From: a candidate division WOR-3 bacterium
GTDB lineage: Bacteria > Hydrothermota > Hydrothermia > LBFQ01
Direction: 5' to 3'
Assembly (NCBI GenBank): GCA_027050205.1
Contig: JALUCS010000097.1
Location: forward strand, 23,627-87,626
Length of the DNA: 64,000 nt
The notes beneath the pieces are model-generated. The model was not told the origin of the DNA. It worked only from the letters and a program-made list of their open reading frames with translations, and made no database searches. The position numbers were made by a program, and so were the translations under genes. Numbering within the stretch: position 1 is the first letter of the stretch; each line of letters begins with the position of its first letter. Shown in pieces: positions 10,410 to 19,561 of this stretch.

Positions 10410-11951
10410 ATGAGCATAGAGGAGAAGCTGCGGCAACTCAAGGAGCTGAAGAAGAAGGCCTACGAGGGAGGGGGACCGGAGAGGATAAAACGCCAGCACG
10501 AGAAGGGCAAGCTGACGGCGAGGGAGAGGATAGACTACCTCCTGGACGAAGGCTCCTTTATGGAGATAGGGGTGTTCGTCACCCACAGGAACCCTGACGT
10601 CAAGCAGAAGTACTACGGCGACGGCGTCGTCGCCGGCTTTGGCACCATAGACGGGAGGCCGGTCGGCATCTTCGCCCACGACTTCACCGTAATCGGTGGC
10701 ACCATATCCGAGAGCAACGCCAAGAAGATCGTACAGGTGATGGACACGGCTATGAGAGTGGGGATCCCCGTGATAGGCCTGAACGACTCCGGAGGGGCGC
10801 GGATCCAGGACGGTGTGGCCTCCCTCGGTGGGTACGCCGAGATATTCCTACGGAACGTCCTCGCCTCCGGCGTGATACCCCAGATCTCGGCCATACTCGG
10901 ACCCTCGGCCGGTGGGGCGGTGTATAGCCCAGCCATAACGGACTTCATTTTTATGCGGAGGGGGGCCAGCTATATGTTCATAACGGGGCCGGAGGTGGTG
11001 AAGGCCGTAACCCACGAGGAGGTAACCCACGAGGAACTCGGAGGGGCCGACATCCACGCCGAAAGGTCGGGGGTGGCCCACTTCGTATATGACAGCGAGG
11101 CGGAAATCTTTGAGGGTATAAGGAAGCTCCTCTCCTACCTCCCCTCCAACAACGCCGAAGAGCCGCCATACGTACCGACGGACGACCCCGAAGACAGGGA
11201 GGACCCCGACCTGAACTACATAGTCCCGGCTGACCCCTACCAGGGGTACGATATGAAGGACGTCATCAGGAAGATAGTTGATAACGGTGAGTTCTTTGAG
11301 GTACACGAGAACTTTGCACCGAACATCATAGTCGGTTTCGCCCGCCTTGGCGGTTTCCCCGTCGGGATAGTCGCCCAGCAGCCCCTCCATCTGGCCGGGG
11401 CCTTGGACATAAACGCCTCGGTGAAGGCGGCCCGTTTCGTGCGGTTCTGCGACGCCTTCAACATCCCCATAATAACCTTTGAGGACATACCCGGATTCCT
11501 CCCCGGAGTTGAGCAGGAGCATGGTGGGATAATCAGGCACGGGGCGAAGCTCCTCTTCGCCTACGCCGAGGCCACCGTCCCCAAGATAACCGTAGTGGTG
11601 CGCAAGTCCTACGGTGGGGCCTACTGCGTCCTTGGGTCCAAGCAGGTGAGGGCGGACCTCAACTACGCCTGGCCTACGGCGGAGTTCGCCGTGATGGGGC
11701 CGGAGGGGGCCGTGAAAATACTCTACCGGAAGGAGATAGCCAAGGCCGAGAACCCGCAGGAGCTGATAGACCGCCTGACGAGGGAGTACAGGGAGAAGTT
11801 TGCCAACCCCTACTACGCCGCCTCCCTCGGATACATAGACGACGTTATTGAGCCGGCCAAGACCCGCCAGGTCCTGATAAAGGGCCTCAGGCTGCTCCGG
11901 AACAAGCGTCAGACCCTCCCGCCCAAGAAGCATAGCAACATACCGCTATGA
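10410..11951 (+). CDS. Acyl-CoA carboxylase / methylmalonyl-CoA decarboxylase carboxyltransferase subunit
   Basis: GKLTARERI, DSGGARIQDG, GGAVYSPA, FCDAFNIP, KKHSNIPL. Confidence 0.95.
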   Translation: MSIEEKLRQLKELKKKAYEGGGPERIKRQHEKGKLTARERIDYLLDEGSFMEIGVFVTHRNPDVKQKYYGDGVVAGFGTIDGRPVGIFAHDFTVIGGTISESNAKKIVQVMDTAMRVGIPVIGLNDSGGARIQDGVASLGGYAEIFLRNVLASGVIPQISAILGPSAGGAVYSPAITDFIFMRRGASYMFITGPEVVKAVTHEEVTHEELGGADIHAERSGVAHFVYDSEAEIFEGIRKLLSYLPSNNAEEPPYVPTDDPEDREDPDLNYIVPADPYQGYDMKDVIRKIVDNGEFFEVHENFAPNIIVGFARLGGFPVGIVAQQPLHLAGALDINASVKAARFVRFCDAFNIPIITFEDIPGFLPGVEQEHGGIIRHGAKLLFAYAEATVPKITVVVRKSYGGAYCVLGSKQVRADLNYAWPTAEFAVMGPEGAVKILYRKEIAKAENPQELIDRLTREYREKFANPYYAASLGYIDDVIEPAKTRQVLIKGLRLLRNKRQTLPPKKHSNIPL

Positions 11952-12556
11952 GGTACCGCGTAGGACCCTCCGTAATAGCCGCCGACTGGGCGAGGTGCTA
12001 CGAGGAGTTGGAGAGGGCGAAGGAGGGGGATTTCATCCACGTGGACGTGATGGACGGCCACTTCGTCCCCAACCTCACCCTTGGCCCGGATCTGGCCAAA
12101 GCCGTGTACGAGAGGACGGGAAAGCCTCTGGACATACACCTTATGCTAACCCACCCCGACCGTTACATCCACCGTTTTTTCCTCCCCGGAGTATTCCGTA
12201 TAACCGTCCATTACGAGAGTTCGGCCTTTCTATCCTCAACCCTCCGCAGGATACGTGAGGCGGGGTTCAAAGCAGGGATCGCCATCTCGCCCGATACACC
12301 CGTCTCCCGCCTCCTGAAACTCCTGGATAGGCTGGATCAGGTCCTCGTTATGACCGTGTATCCGGGTTTCGCCGGCCAGAGGATGTTGGAGTGGGTCCTG
12401 CCGAAGGTGGACGAGCTGGACAGGATAAGGAGGGAGAGGGGCTTACGCTTCACCATAACGGTGGATGGTGGGGTTAAATGGGAAAATTTATCTAAGATAG
12501 GGCCGGCGGACGAGGTGGTCATGGGGTCCGCCTTCTTTAGAGGCAAAGTGGGGTGA
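11948..12556 (+). CDS. rpe: Ribulose-phosphate 3-epimerase
   Basis: HVDVMDGHFVPNLT, DIHLM, MTVYPGFAGQ, VDGGV. Confidence 0.95.
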   Translation: MRYRVGPSVIAADWARCYEELERAKEGDFIHVDVMDGHFVPNLTLGPDLAKAVYERTGKPLDIHLMLTHPDRYIHRFFLPGVFRITVHYESSAFLSSTLRRIREAGFKAGIAISPDTPVSRLLKLLDRLDQVLVMTVYPGFAGQRMLEWVLPKVDELDRIRRERGLRFTITVDGGVKWENLSKIGPADEVVMGSAFFRGKVG

Positions 12557-12604
12557 AAAAATGCGGCTTTCAACCCTATAATACCCGTACAAGGAGGTAA
12601 GAGG

Positions 12605-12715
12605 ATGAAGAACGAAAGGCGCGTCCCGCGTATCTCCAAGAGGAAGCCCTATCAGAAACCCCGCATACTGGGGAGGACGTCCTCCCGCGGGGGGAGCATC
12701 CTCGTGACGTACTGA
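12605..12715 (+). CDS. Unannotated 36-aa peptide, RiPP-precursor-like
   Basis: MKNERRVPRISKRKPYQKPRILGRTSSRGGSILVTY. TATAAT at 12577-12582, AAGGAGGT RBS at 12591-12598, hairpin downstream. Confidence 0.7.
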   Translation: MKNERRVPRISKRKPYQKPRILGRTSSRGGSILVTY

Positions 12716-12727
12716 GGATGTGAAAGG

Positions 12728-12763
12728 ACCCCACCCCTGCACCAACGGGGGTGGGGGTATTTT
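12728..12763 (+). terminator. Intrinsic terminator-like hairpin
   Basis: CCCCACCCC-loop-GGGGTGGGG followed by TATTTT. Confidence 0.6.
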
Positions 12764-12774
12764 GTGTAATTGTT

Positions 12775-13896
12775 ATGGAAAACAAAAAGAAAAGATTGTT
12801 ATTTTTTGATTACCTGAAGGGACTCTTCGTCATCTGGATGGTCCCGACCCACACCCTTGACGGCCTGATATTCCCCGCCGTAAAGATGACATCTCTCTAT
12901 AAGTCCGTGGCCTTCTTCAACGGCCTCGTGGCCCCCGCTTTCCTCGTCTCCTCCGGATTTTTGGCCGTATATACCTACAACGACGGCAAGTTCTGGAGAC
13001 GGCTTCGCAGGGGGATAGAGCTGATGGCCTTCGGGTACGCCACGCAGCTCCCGACCAAGTCCCTCCTCCTACTGCTCCTCTTCACCCTCCTCTTCGTAAC
13101 CTCCTCTCTGGGGATACACCTCCACCTTCCCCTCCTACCTTCCGACTCCCCCCCGGAATGGTTCGTTAGAGGGTTGTACGTCTTCAGGAGGGTGGAGATA
13201 CTGATCAGTATAGGCTCCGGCGTTCTCGTTATAACCACTATTTTGAGGTTGGTTAGCTCTCCGAGGGCGAGGTTCGCCGTCTTCCTACCCCTCGCCTTGG
13301 CCTTCTGGTTAATGACGCCCTGGGTCTGGAGGTGGGGGAAGGGCCTCCCCCTCTTCATCGCCCCCTACTTCACCCGCGAGGGTTCCCTCTTCCCCGTGTT
13401 TCCCTACTGGGGGTATATGTTCTTCGGCTCCGCTCTCGGTAGCGCCTACGCCTTCAATAGGAGGATGATGTTCCTCTTAATGCTCCTGCCCGTATTCGCC
13501 GTCGCCCTGACGGTCTTCGTACCCTATCCCCCGTCCGAAGGGGCCTTTTACAACATCCTCGTCAGGGTGGGGACCCTGATGCTCATCCTCTTCGTCCTCA
13601 TCGCCGCCGAGGGCTTCGGGGTACATTCCGAGTTTCTGGCTATGCTCGGCCGCAACTCCCTTATGTCCTACGCCTTCCACAACGCCATCGTCTACGGCTC
13701 CCCCTTCACCAGGCCACTGACCCACTTCTACGGCCACAGGGGGTGGTTTGACTCCCTGACGGTGGGGGTCCTGATCCTCGCCGTTACGACCGTCTTCGTA
13801 TATACCTGGGAGATGTTAAGAAACCGCTACGGTGCAAAACTCTCAAGAAACGTCTGGAAGTTCTTCGCGTACGTCTTCGCCCTCAACCCCTGGTGA
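12775..13896 (+). CDS. Membrane acyltransferase (DUF1624/HGSNAT-like)
   Basis: RLLFFDYLKG..MVPTH, APAFLVSSG, FPVFPY, LGRNSL..YAFH; many TM helices. Start moved to ATG 12775. Confidence 0.8.
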   Translation: MENKKKRLLFFDYLKGLFVIWMVPTHTLDGLIFPAVKMTSLYKSVAFFNGLVAPAFLVSSGFLAVYTYNDGKFWRRLRRGIELMAFGYATQLPTKSLLLLLLFTLLFVTSSLGIHLHLPLLPSDSPPEWFVRGLYVFRRVEILISIGSGVLVITTILRLVSSPRARFAVFLPLALAFWLMTPWVWRWGKGLPLFIAPYFTREGSLFPVFPYWGYMFFGSALGSAYAFNRRMMFLLMLLPVFAVALTVFVPYPPSEGAFYNILVRVGTLMLILFVLIAAEGFGVHSEFLAMLGRNSLMSYAFHNAIVYGSPFTRPLTHFYGHRGWFDSLTVGVLILAVTTVFVYTWEMLRNRYGAKLSRNVWKFFAYVFALNPW

Positions 13897-13899
13897 GGA

Positions 13900-13917
13900 G
13901 GGGGGCCGAAGCCCCCC
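13900..13917. terminator. Hairpin between convergent genes
   Basis: GGGGGGC-CGAA-GCCCCCC; no U tract. Confidence 0.55.
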
Positions 13918-13923
13918 GTATCC

Positions 13924-15240
13924 TCACAGCATACCGTAGTAGGTGTTTATCTCGTAGTCCGTTACGGCCGTCCGGAAGTTGTCCCACTCAACGAGTTTGT
14001 TCTCCACCAACTTTGAGAACATCGGCTCGCCGAGGGCCTCCTTGAGGATGGGTTTCCTCTGGGCGAGGTCTATGGCCTCCTTGAGGGAGGAGGGGAGGGA
14101 GCCGATCTTGAGGCGGCGGCGTTTGGACTCCGTCATACGGTAGATGTCCAGCTCAACGGGTGGAGGTAGGGGAGTACCCTCCTCAACGCCCTTGAAGCCA
14201 GCGGTGAGGATGGAGACGAAGGCGAGGTAGGGGTTGGTCCCCGGATCTGGGGAGCGCAGCTCTATGCGAGCGGAGGAGGGTTTCTTGAAGGCCGGGACCC
14301 TCACGAGGGCCGACCTGTTGGACCTGCCCCAGGAGATATAGACGGGGGCCTCGTACCCGACGACGAGCCTCTTGTAGGAGTTCACCCACTGGTTGAGGAC
14401 GAGGGTTATGTACCGGACGTTGGAGAGGAGGCCTCCGAGGAAGTGTTGGGCGAACTCCGAAAGCTGGTACTCGTGGGAGCCGTCGTAGAAGAGGTTCTCA
14501 CCGTCCTTCCATACCGACATATGGAGGTGGAGTCCGCTACCGTTGACACCGAAGATGGGTTTGGGCATAAAGGAGGCGTAGAGGCCGTGCTTACGGGCCA
14601 CCTCCTTCACTATCATCTTGGATATCTGGAGGATGTCCGCAGCCCGGAGGGCGTCGGCGTAGCGGAAGTCTATCTCGTGCTGGCTCGGTGCCACCTCGTG
14701 GTGGGAGGCCTCAACCTCTATGTCCATCTCTCTAAGTATCTTCACGGTCTCCTCCCTCGCCAGGGTCGGCCTGTAGGAGGGCAAGAGGTCAAAGTATCCG
14801 GCGCTATCAAGGAGGGAAGGGGCCTCGGTGCTTCCGAAGTAGAAGAACTCCAACTCCGGGCCGACGTAGTACGCGTAGCCCTCTTTGGCTAGCTCTGTCA
14901 GTTTTCTCTTTAGGATACCGCGGGGGTCCCGCGGGAAGGGTTGGCCGTCGGGGGTCAAGATGTCGCACACTATGTAGGCCGTCTTCAGGCCACTCACCTC
15001 CGGAGGGGCTACGAAGATAGCATCGGGATCCGGTTTGGCTATAAGGTCGGACTCCTCTATCCGCACGAAGCCCTCAACGGAGGACCCGTCAAAGACTATC
15101 CCCTCGTTGAAGGCCCTTTCCACCTCGGCCACGCTTAGGTTGAACCCCTTCAGGCGGCCGAGGATATCCGTAAAGACAAGGGTCGCTATATCCACCTTCT
15201 CCCCCTTTACGAGGGCGATGGCTTCTTCTACCGTTCTCAT
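13924..15240 (-). CDS. glnA: Glutamine synthetase type I
   Basis: FDGSS, GPELEFF, HHEVAPSQHEI, FMPKP..NGSGLH, NSYKRL, NRSALVRVP, RIELRSPD. Confidence 0.96.
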   Translation of the reverse strand: MRTVEEAIALVKGEKVDIATLVFTDILGRLKGFNLSVAEVERAFNEGIVFDGSSVEGFVRIEESDLIAKPDPDAIFVAPPEVSGLKTAYIVCDILTPDGQPFPRDPRGILKRKLTELAKEGYAYYVGPELEFFYFGSTEAPSLLDSAGYFDLLPSYRPTLAREETVKILREMDIEVEASHHEVAPSQHEIDFRYADALRAADILQISKMIVKEVARKHGLYASFMPKPIFGVNGSGLHLHMSVWKDGENLFYDGSHEYQLSEFAQHFLGGLLSNVRYITLVLNQWVNSYKRLVVGYEAPVYISWGRSNRSALVRVPAFKKPSSARIELRSPDPGTNPYLAFVSILTAGFKGVEEGTPLPPPVELDIYRMTESKRRRLKIGSLPSSLKEAIDLAQRKPILKEALGEPMFSKLVENKLVEWDNFRTAVTDYEINTYYGML

Positions 15241-15251
15241 AGTTGCTCTCC

Positions 15252-16028
15252 TTACTTGAGACCGAAGAGCCTCTTGGGGTTCTCCACCATAACCTTCTCT
15301 ATCATCGGGAGGTAGTGTCCACTGACCTCAAGGTCGTACAAAACTTCGGGCAGGACGGTGGGGTTGTGTGCGAAGGCGTCCAGGTTGGACGTCAGGAGTA
15401 CCCTGTCTATGGGGTAATCGCCCCGCAGGATGCTTTCGGGCAAAGACTCCACGAACGGCCTATCCGGAAAGAGGGAGAAGCAGAACCAGTAGGGCCTGTC
15501 CGACAGCTCCAATACGATGGAGGGGGTTACGTTGTTGAGTACGACGAGCGAGGGAGATAGATCCACCTCCCTTATGAGTTTCTCTATCCGCTTTAGGGCA
15601 TGCTTCCTGTTCTCCTCCGGGAGGTCTATGAATATCGGCTTGTTGAACTTCCGGGCCAACTCCATCTGGAGCTTCAGGGTCTCAAGCTGGAGTAGGTCGT
15701 TGTACTCGCTCAATCCCGTCTCACCTATGGCTACGACGAATCCGAACTGGAGGTACTCGGCGAGGTAATCCATCAGAGGGAACGGGTCCCTTATGCCGGA
15801 AGCGTGGGATATCCCTATAGCGAGGTAGGCCTTAAGGCCGGTAGACTCCACCCTCCCCTTCTCCACCCTGATGAACCGCTCCAAACGGTCCACGTAGGAG
15901 GAGGTACTGGAAAAGCGGTAGTAGGGTTTGAAGAAGGAGACGACCTCCCTGACCCCCATCAAGGCCATCTGTCGGAGGTCGTAGATGGATAGACCTTCAG
16001 TGTGAATGTGGGCATCTACGAAACGCAT
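15252..16028 (-). CDS. TatD-related metallohydrolase
   Basis: FVDAHIH, AIGETGL, QMELARKFNKPI, ENPKRLF. Confidence 0.85.
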   Translation of the reverse strand: MRFVDAHIHTEGLSIYDLRQMALMGVREVVSFFKPYYRFSSTSSYVDRLERFIRVEKGRVESTGLKAYLAIGISHASGIRDPFPLMDYLAEYLQFGFVVAIGETGLSEYNDLLQLETLKLQMELARKFNKPIFIDLPEENRKHALKRIEKLIREVDLSPSLVVLNNVTPSIVLELSDRPYWFCFSLFPDRPFVESLPESILRGDYPIDRVLLTSNLDAFAHNPTVLPEVLYDLEVSGHYLPMIEKVMVENPKRLFGLK

Positions 16029-16566
16029 AGGCTATTGTACGGGCGAAAGGGAGGGAGTTGAAAGGGGAGATAAAGGGTAAATAACGAACTTTATTGAAAA
16101 TTTCGGAGTTTTCATAAAAACGCAAGGACTGTGGGCAGCAAAAACTACCAACGGGAGGTGTTCGGGCGGGGACGACCGTAAATTCGGGTTGCCGGCTCCC
16201 GTTAGCATCTCTTCGGTATTTGGCGTATGGGGTGATGCGTTCTCTGTGAATTTCCGTCAATTGCGTCCCGTACTCATTGAGTATGGGATGTGGCTCAAGA
16301 TTTATCCCGGAACCCTTTGACTACACCCTATCGGGATCCAGAAGATGAATTTTTGTAGGATTTTTCCCCGATATATGCGACTTCCGGATTTTCAAAGGGT
16401 GTTGGGTTGGGTGATGGATACTGCGTAAATGCGATCAACATAGATAAATCGTGCAAAGGGCATCCTTGCACCTCCGTCCCTTCACAGGAGAACGTCGCCT
16501 TAGTTTGAACATCAACGTTCAAAACTTCTAAAGTTTTCCTTTAATTCCGATGTAAAATTTAAAAAT

Positions 16567-18072
16567 ATGCTCTATATGATAGGCAGGATAGCCATATCCC
16601 CTTTGGAGATCCCAACCCCCGCCGTTGAGAGGCGGGCGGAGTTGCCCCCCGACAGCACCATCCACCTGAACACCCTCACCTTCAACCGTACCTTCGTATG
16701 CAACCCCTTAGGTGGCACACTTACGATAGTGACTGACAGGTACGACGTCCTCCACGACATAGATGGCAACGGCCTCGTAGATATTCCCTTCACGGCGTCG
16801 GAGGGGGACCCTTGGGGTGGATCCCCCTGGCCGGGGTACGCGTACGTGGCCTTCCAGACCTCACCGGACAGTTTCTCCTGTCAGGCGGTCTCCAACCGCC
16901 ACAACGACCCCTACGGCATCTCCGTTGGCGACTTCAACGGGGACGGCAGGCCGGACCTCGTATTCGCCGCAGCCTTGGACAACGCCACCTTCACCTTGAG
17001 GAACGACGGGGGATGGGCCTTCACCGAACGGAGGATCGGCTTCGGCGGTGGCTTCCCCAATCACCTCGCCGTCCGGAACGTAGACGCTGGCCCCGGTGCC
17101 GAGGTGCTATATACGGACGAGTATTACTACCTCTACCTCTACTCCTACGCTGACGACTCCCTAACCGTCCTGAATACCTCTTGTAAAGAGGGGTTGGCCG
17201 TTGAGGACCTGAACGGCGACAGCGAGCAGGACATAGTGTGCGGTACGGGGAACACCGTAGCAAACGGCCACATCATCTACCAGATAAGGACGGACACCTC
17301 GTGGTCCAGCCCACACTACGTCACCTCCACCCCCCACCACTACCACGGTGTAAAGGCCGCCGACATAAACGACGACGGTAGGGTGGATGTGGTTTCGTGC
17401 GTAGGTTCTACGGTCTACGTATGGTACAACAACGGTGGTACCTACCCGACCTTCACCGAAAGGTACCACACCATAGCGACCTCCGGGGTATCCATAGGGT
17501 GTGAGGTCACCGTCGCCGACCTCGATTGCGATGGCGATGGGGACATAGTTTGGACCCAAGGGATAGGCGGGGCCGCCCCCTCCGTGGTCGTCCTCATAAA
17601 CGACGGCTCCACCCCTTACCCCGACTTCATCGTCCAACCCTTGGAACCTGCGACCCACGCCGTTTACGGCGTCGCCGTCGGCCTCGTAAACGGAGACCTC
17701 AAGGCCGATATAGTGGTCGGTCTGGACGCCGCCCTGTACATCTATTACAACACCTCCCCCATAGACGACTCCCACTGCGACCCCCTTGGCTTGAGAGACG
17801 GGGAGCTGACCGTAGGTGAGAGGAAGGTTGAGCCTATACCCACCGTCGCCGACTTCAGGGTTGAGGGACGTACGGCTATACTTGAGCTGACGGCTCCCTC
17901 CAAGGGGATGGAGTACGCCCTCTACGAGGTGAGCGGTAGGTTAGTGCGGAGGGGTAAGGCCGAGGGTATGGATCTACGGCTTGAGGTACCGAGGAGCGGG
18001 ACGTACTTCCTGAAGGTACGGTACGACCGGGGCCACTTGGACTACTTCTCCAAGGCCTTCGTCGTGAGGTAG
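16567..18072 (+). CDS. FG-GAP/VCBS repeat protein with T9SS-like C-terminal domain
   Basis: Repeated DxNGDGxxD motifs; C-terminus LYEVSGRLV..SGTYFLKV..KAFVVR. Confidence 0.85.
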   Translation: MLYMIGRIAISPLEIPTPAVERRAELPPDSTIHLNTLTFNRTFVCNPLGGTLTIVTDRYDVLHDIDGNGLVDIPFTASEGDPWGGSPWPGYAYVAFQTSPDSFSCQAVSNRHNDPYGISVGDFNGDGRPDLVFAAALDNATFTLRNDGGWAFTERRIGFGGGFPNHLAVRNVDAGPGAEVLYTDEYYYLYLYSYADDSLTVLNTSCKEGLAVEDLNGDSEQDIVCGTGNTVANGHIIYQIRTDTSWSSPHYVTSTPHHYHGVKAADINDDGRVDVVSCVGSTVYVWYNNGGTYPTFTERYHTIATSGVSIGCEVTVADLDCDGDGDIVWTQGIGGAAPSVVVLINDGSTPYPDFIVQPLEPATHAVYGVAVGLVNGDLKADIVVGLDAALYIYYNTSPIDDSHCDPLGLRDGELTVGERKVEPIPTVADFRVEGRTAILELTAPSKGMEYALYEVSGRLVRRGKAEGMDLRLEVPRSGTYFLKVRYDRGHLDYFSKAFVVR

Positions 18073-18179
18073 GGGACCGCCCTCCAACGGGTTTGACGGG
18101 AAGGTTCCATTCGCTGTATCACTTTTCAGAGTATTCGTGTAAATGTGAGACACTTTTATTCGGACGTTTTAAGGTAAAA

Positions 18180-19496
18180 TTATCCCAACCCGTACAGGAG
18201 GGCCGCGACGGAGAAGAGGAAGGCGGAGGCGAGGGTCAGGAGGGTTAAAAGGCTCTCCTTGGACAGGCCGAAGCTCCTGAAGGCCCAGAAGAGGACGGCG
18301 AAGGTGTTGGCTATGGAGACGGCGTAGGCTATGCCCGTCGCCCCAAGGAGGCGGGAGAGGGGGAAGACGAGGAGGAGGTCGGTTAGGGTGGAGATGACGA
18401 GGCCGACGTTGGCCTCCCTTCTCTTAAAGATGGCGAACAGGTAGGACAGATAGACAGAAGATAGTGCGTAGGCCGGTATGGTGGGGACGTAGCCGAGGAG
18501 TACCCGGAAGGTGTTGTGGGCGTCCGCAGGTGTGAACCTCCCCCTGACGAAGGCCACCTCTATGAGGAGCTGCCCGAAGAGGACGTAGGTCAGGGCGACG
18601 CCAAGGGTGATGAGGGAGACGAAGACGATGCCCTTCCAAGTATGCTCCCGTGCGTGCCGGTCGTCCTCCGCGACACTCTTGGCCAACACCGTACCCGTCG
18701 CCACCCCGAAAAGGCCCTGCGGGAGGTGGATGAGGCGAAAGGCGTAGTTCAGGTAGGCGAGGGAACCGGTGGGGAGGAAGGAGGCGACTACGGCGTTTAT
18801 CAGGGTGGAGGTCTGGAGGAAGCCCGTGTTTAGGCTCATAGAGAACCAGTTCTTCAGGAACTCCCTTATGGCCGGGTGGCGGAAGTTCGGCCTATCGTAT
18901 TTCTCCCAAGCGAAGGGGAGGAGGAAGAGGAACTGGAGGGCGGTACCGAGGGTGAAGGCGGCCGCTCCGAGGATGGGCCACCGGTGGGCGAAGAGGAGTA
19001 ATAGGATGTTTCCGACGTTGAAGAAGACGGGCGACACCCCCGTAATGAAGAACCGCCCCTTCGTGTTCAGGATGCCCATAGAGATGGCGGCGGCGCTTAT
19101 GAAGAGGAGGGAGGGGAAGGTGATGCGTACCCCAAGGACGGTAAAGGCAAACTTATCCGGGTCGGATGCGAAACCCGGCACTATGACCTTAACGACGAGG
19201 GGAGCCAAGAGGATGCCGAGGGGGACGACGACGAGGGTAGTCCCCAGGAGGATGAAGACGATAGCCCAAAGGAGGCTCCGGTCCTTCCAACGGGCTAAGA
19301 CGGGGACGAAGGCGTTCTGGGATACACCCTCGGCCAGCATCCCCCGTAGCATAGTGGGGATACGTACGGCCACGACCACCGCATCGGCGTAGGGGGAGGC
19401 GCCGAGGGCGTAGGCGAAGACCAACTCCCGTACGAAACCCAAAGCCCTGCTTAGGAGGGTTCCAGCGGAGAAGGAGAGGACGGACCTTATCTTCAA
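18180..19496 (-). CDS. murJ: Lipid II flippase MurJ/MviN
   Basis: LSRALGFVRE, LAEG..AFVP, YLNYAFRLIHLPQGLFG, FVRGRFT. Start inferred at TTG 19496, 10 nt after TAGAAT. Confidence 0.92.
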   Translation of the reverse strand: MKIRSVLSFSAGTLLSRALGFVRELVFAYALGASPYADAVVVAVRIPTMLRGMLAEGVSQNAFVPVLARWKDRSLLWAIVFILLGTTLVVVPLGILLAPLVVKVIVPGFASDPDKFAFTVLGVRITFPSLLFISAAAISMGILNTKGRFFITGVSPVFFNVGNILLLLFAHRWPILGAAAFTLGTALQFLFLLPFAWEKYDRPNFRHPAIREFLKNWFSMSLNTGFLQTSTLINAVVASFLPTGSLAYLNYAFRLIHLPQGLFGVATGTVLAKSVAEDDRHAREHTWKGIVFVSLITLGVALTYVLFGQLLIEVAFVRGRFTPADAHNTFRVLLGYVPTIPAYALSSVYLSYLFAIFKRREANVGLVISTLTDLLLVFPLSRLLGATGIAYAVSIANTFAVLFWAFRSFGLSKESLLTLLTLASAFLFSVAALLYGLG

Positions 19497-19561
19497 CGCC
19501 CGGCCTATTCTACGGTTGCCCTTCCGTACCCCGGACACCGCACGAGCCTATAATGGCCGGT

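Noticed and set aside
10848..11933. Long antisense ORFs (361 aa here; also 31924..32727, 33846..34697, 38308..39162, 50192..51037, 57120..58184)
   Set aside because: Shadow frames of GC3-biased real genes, with no motifs or RBS.
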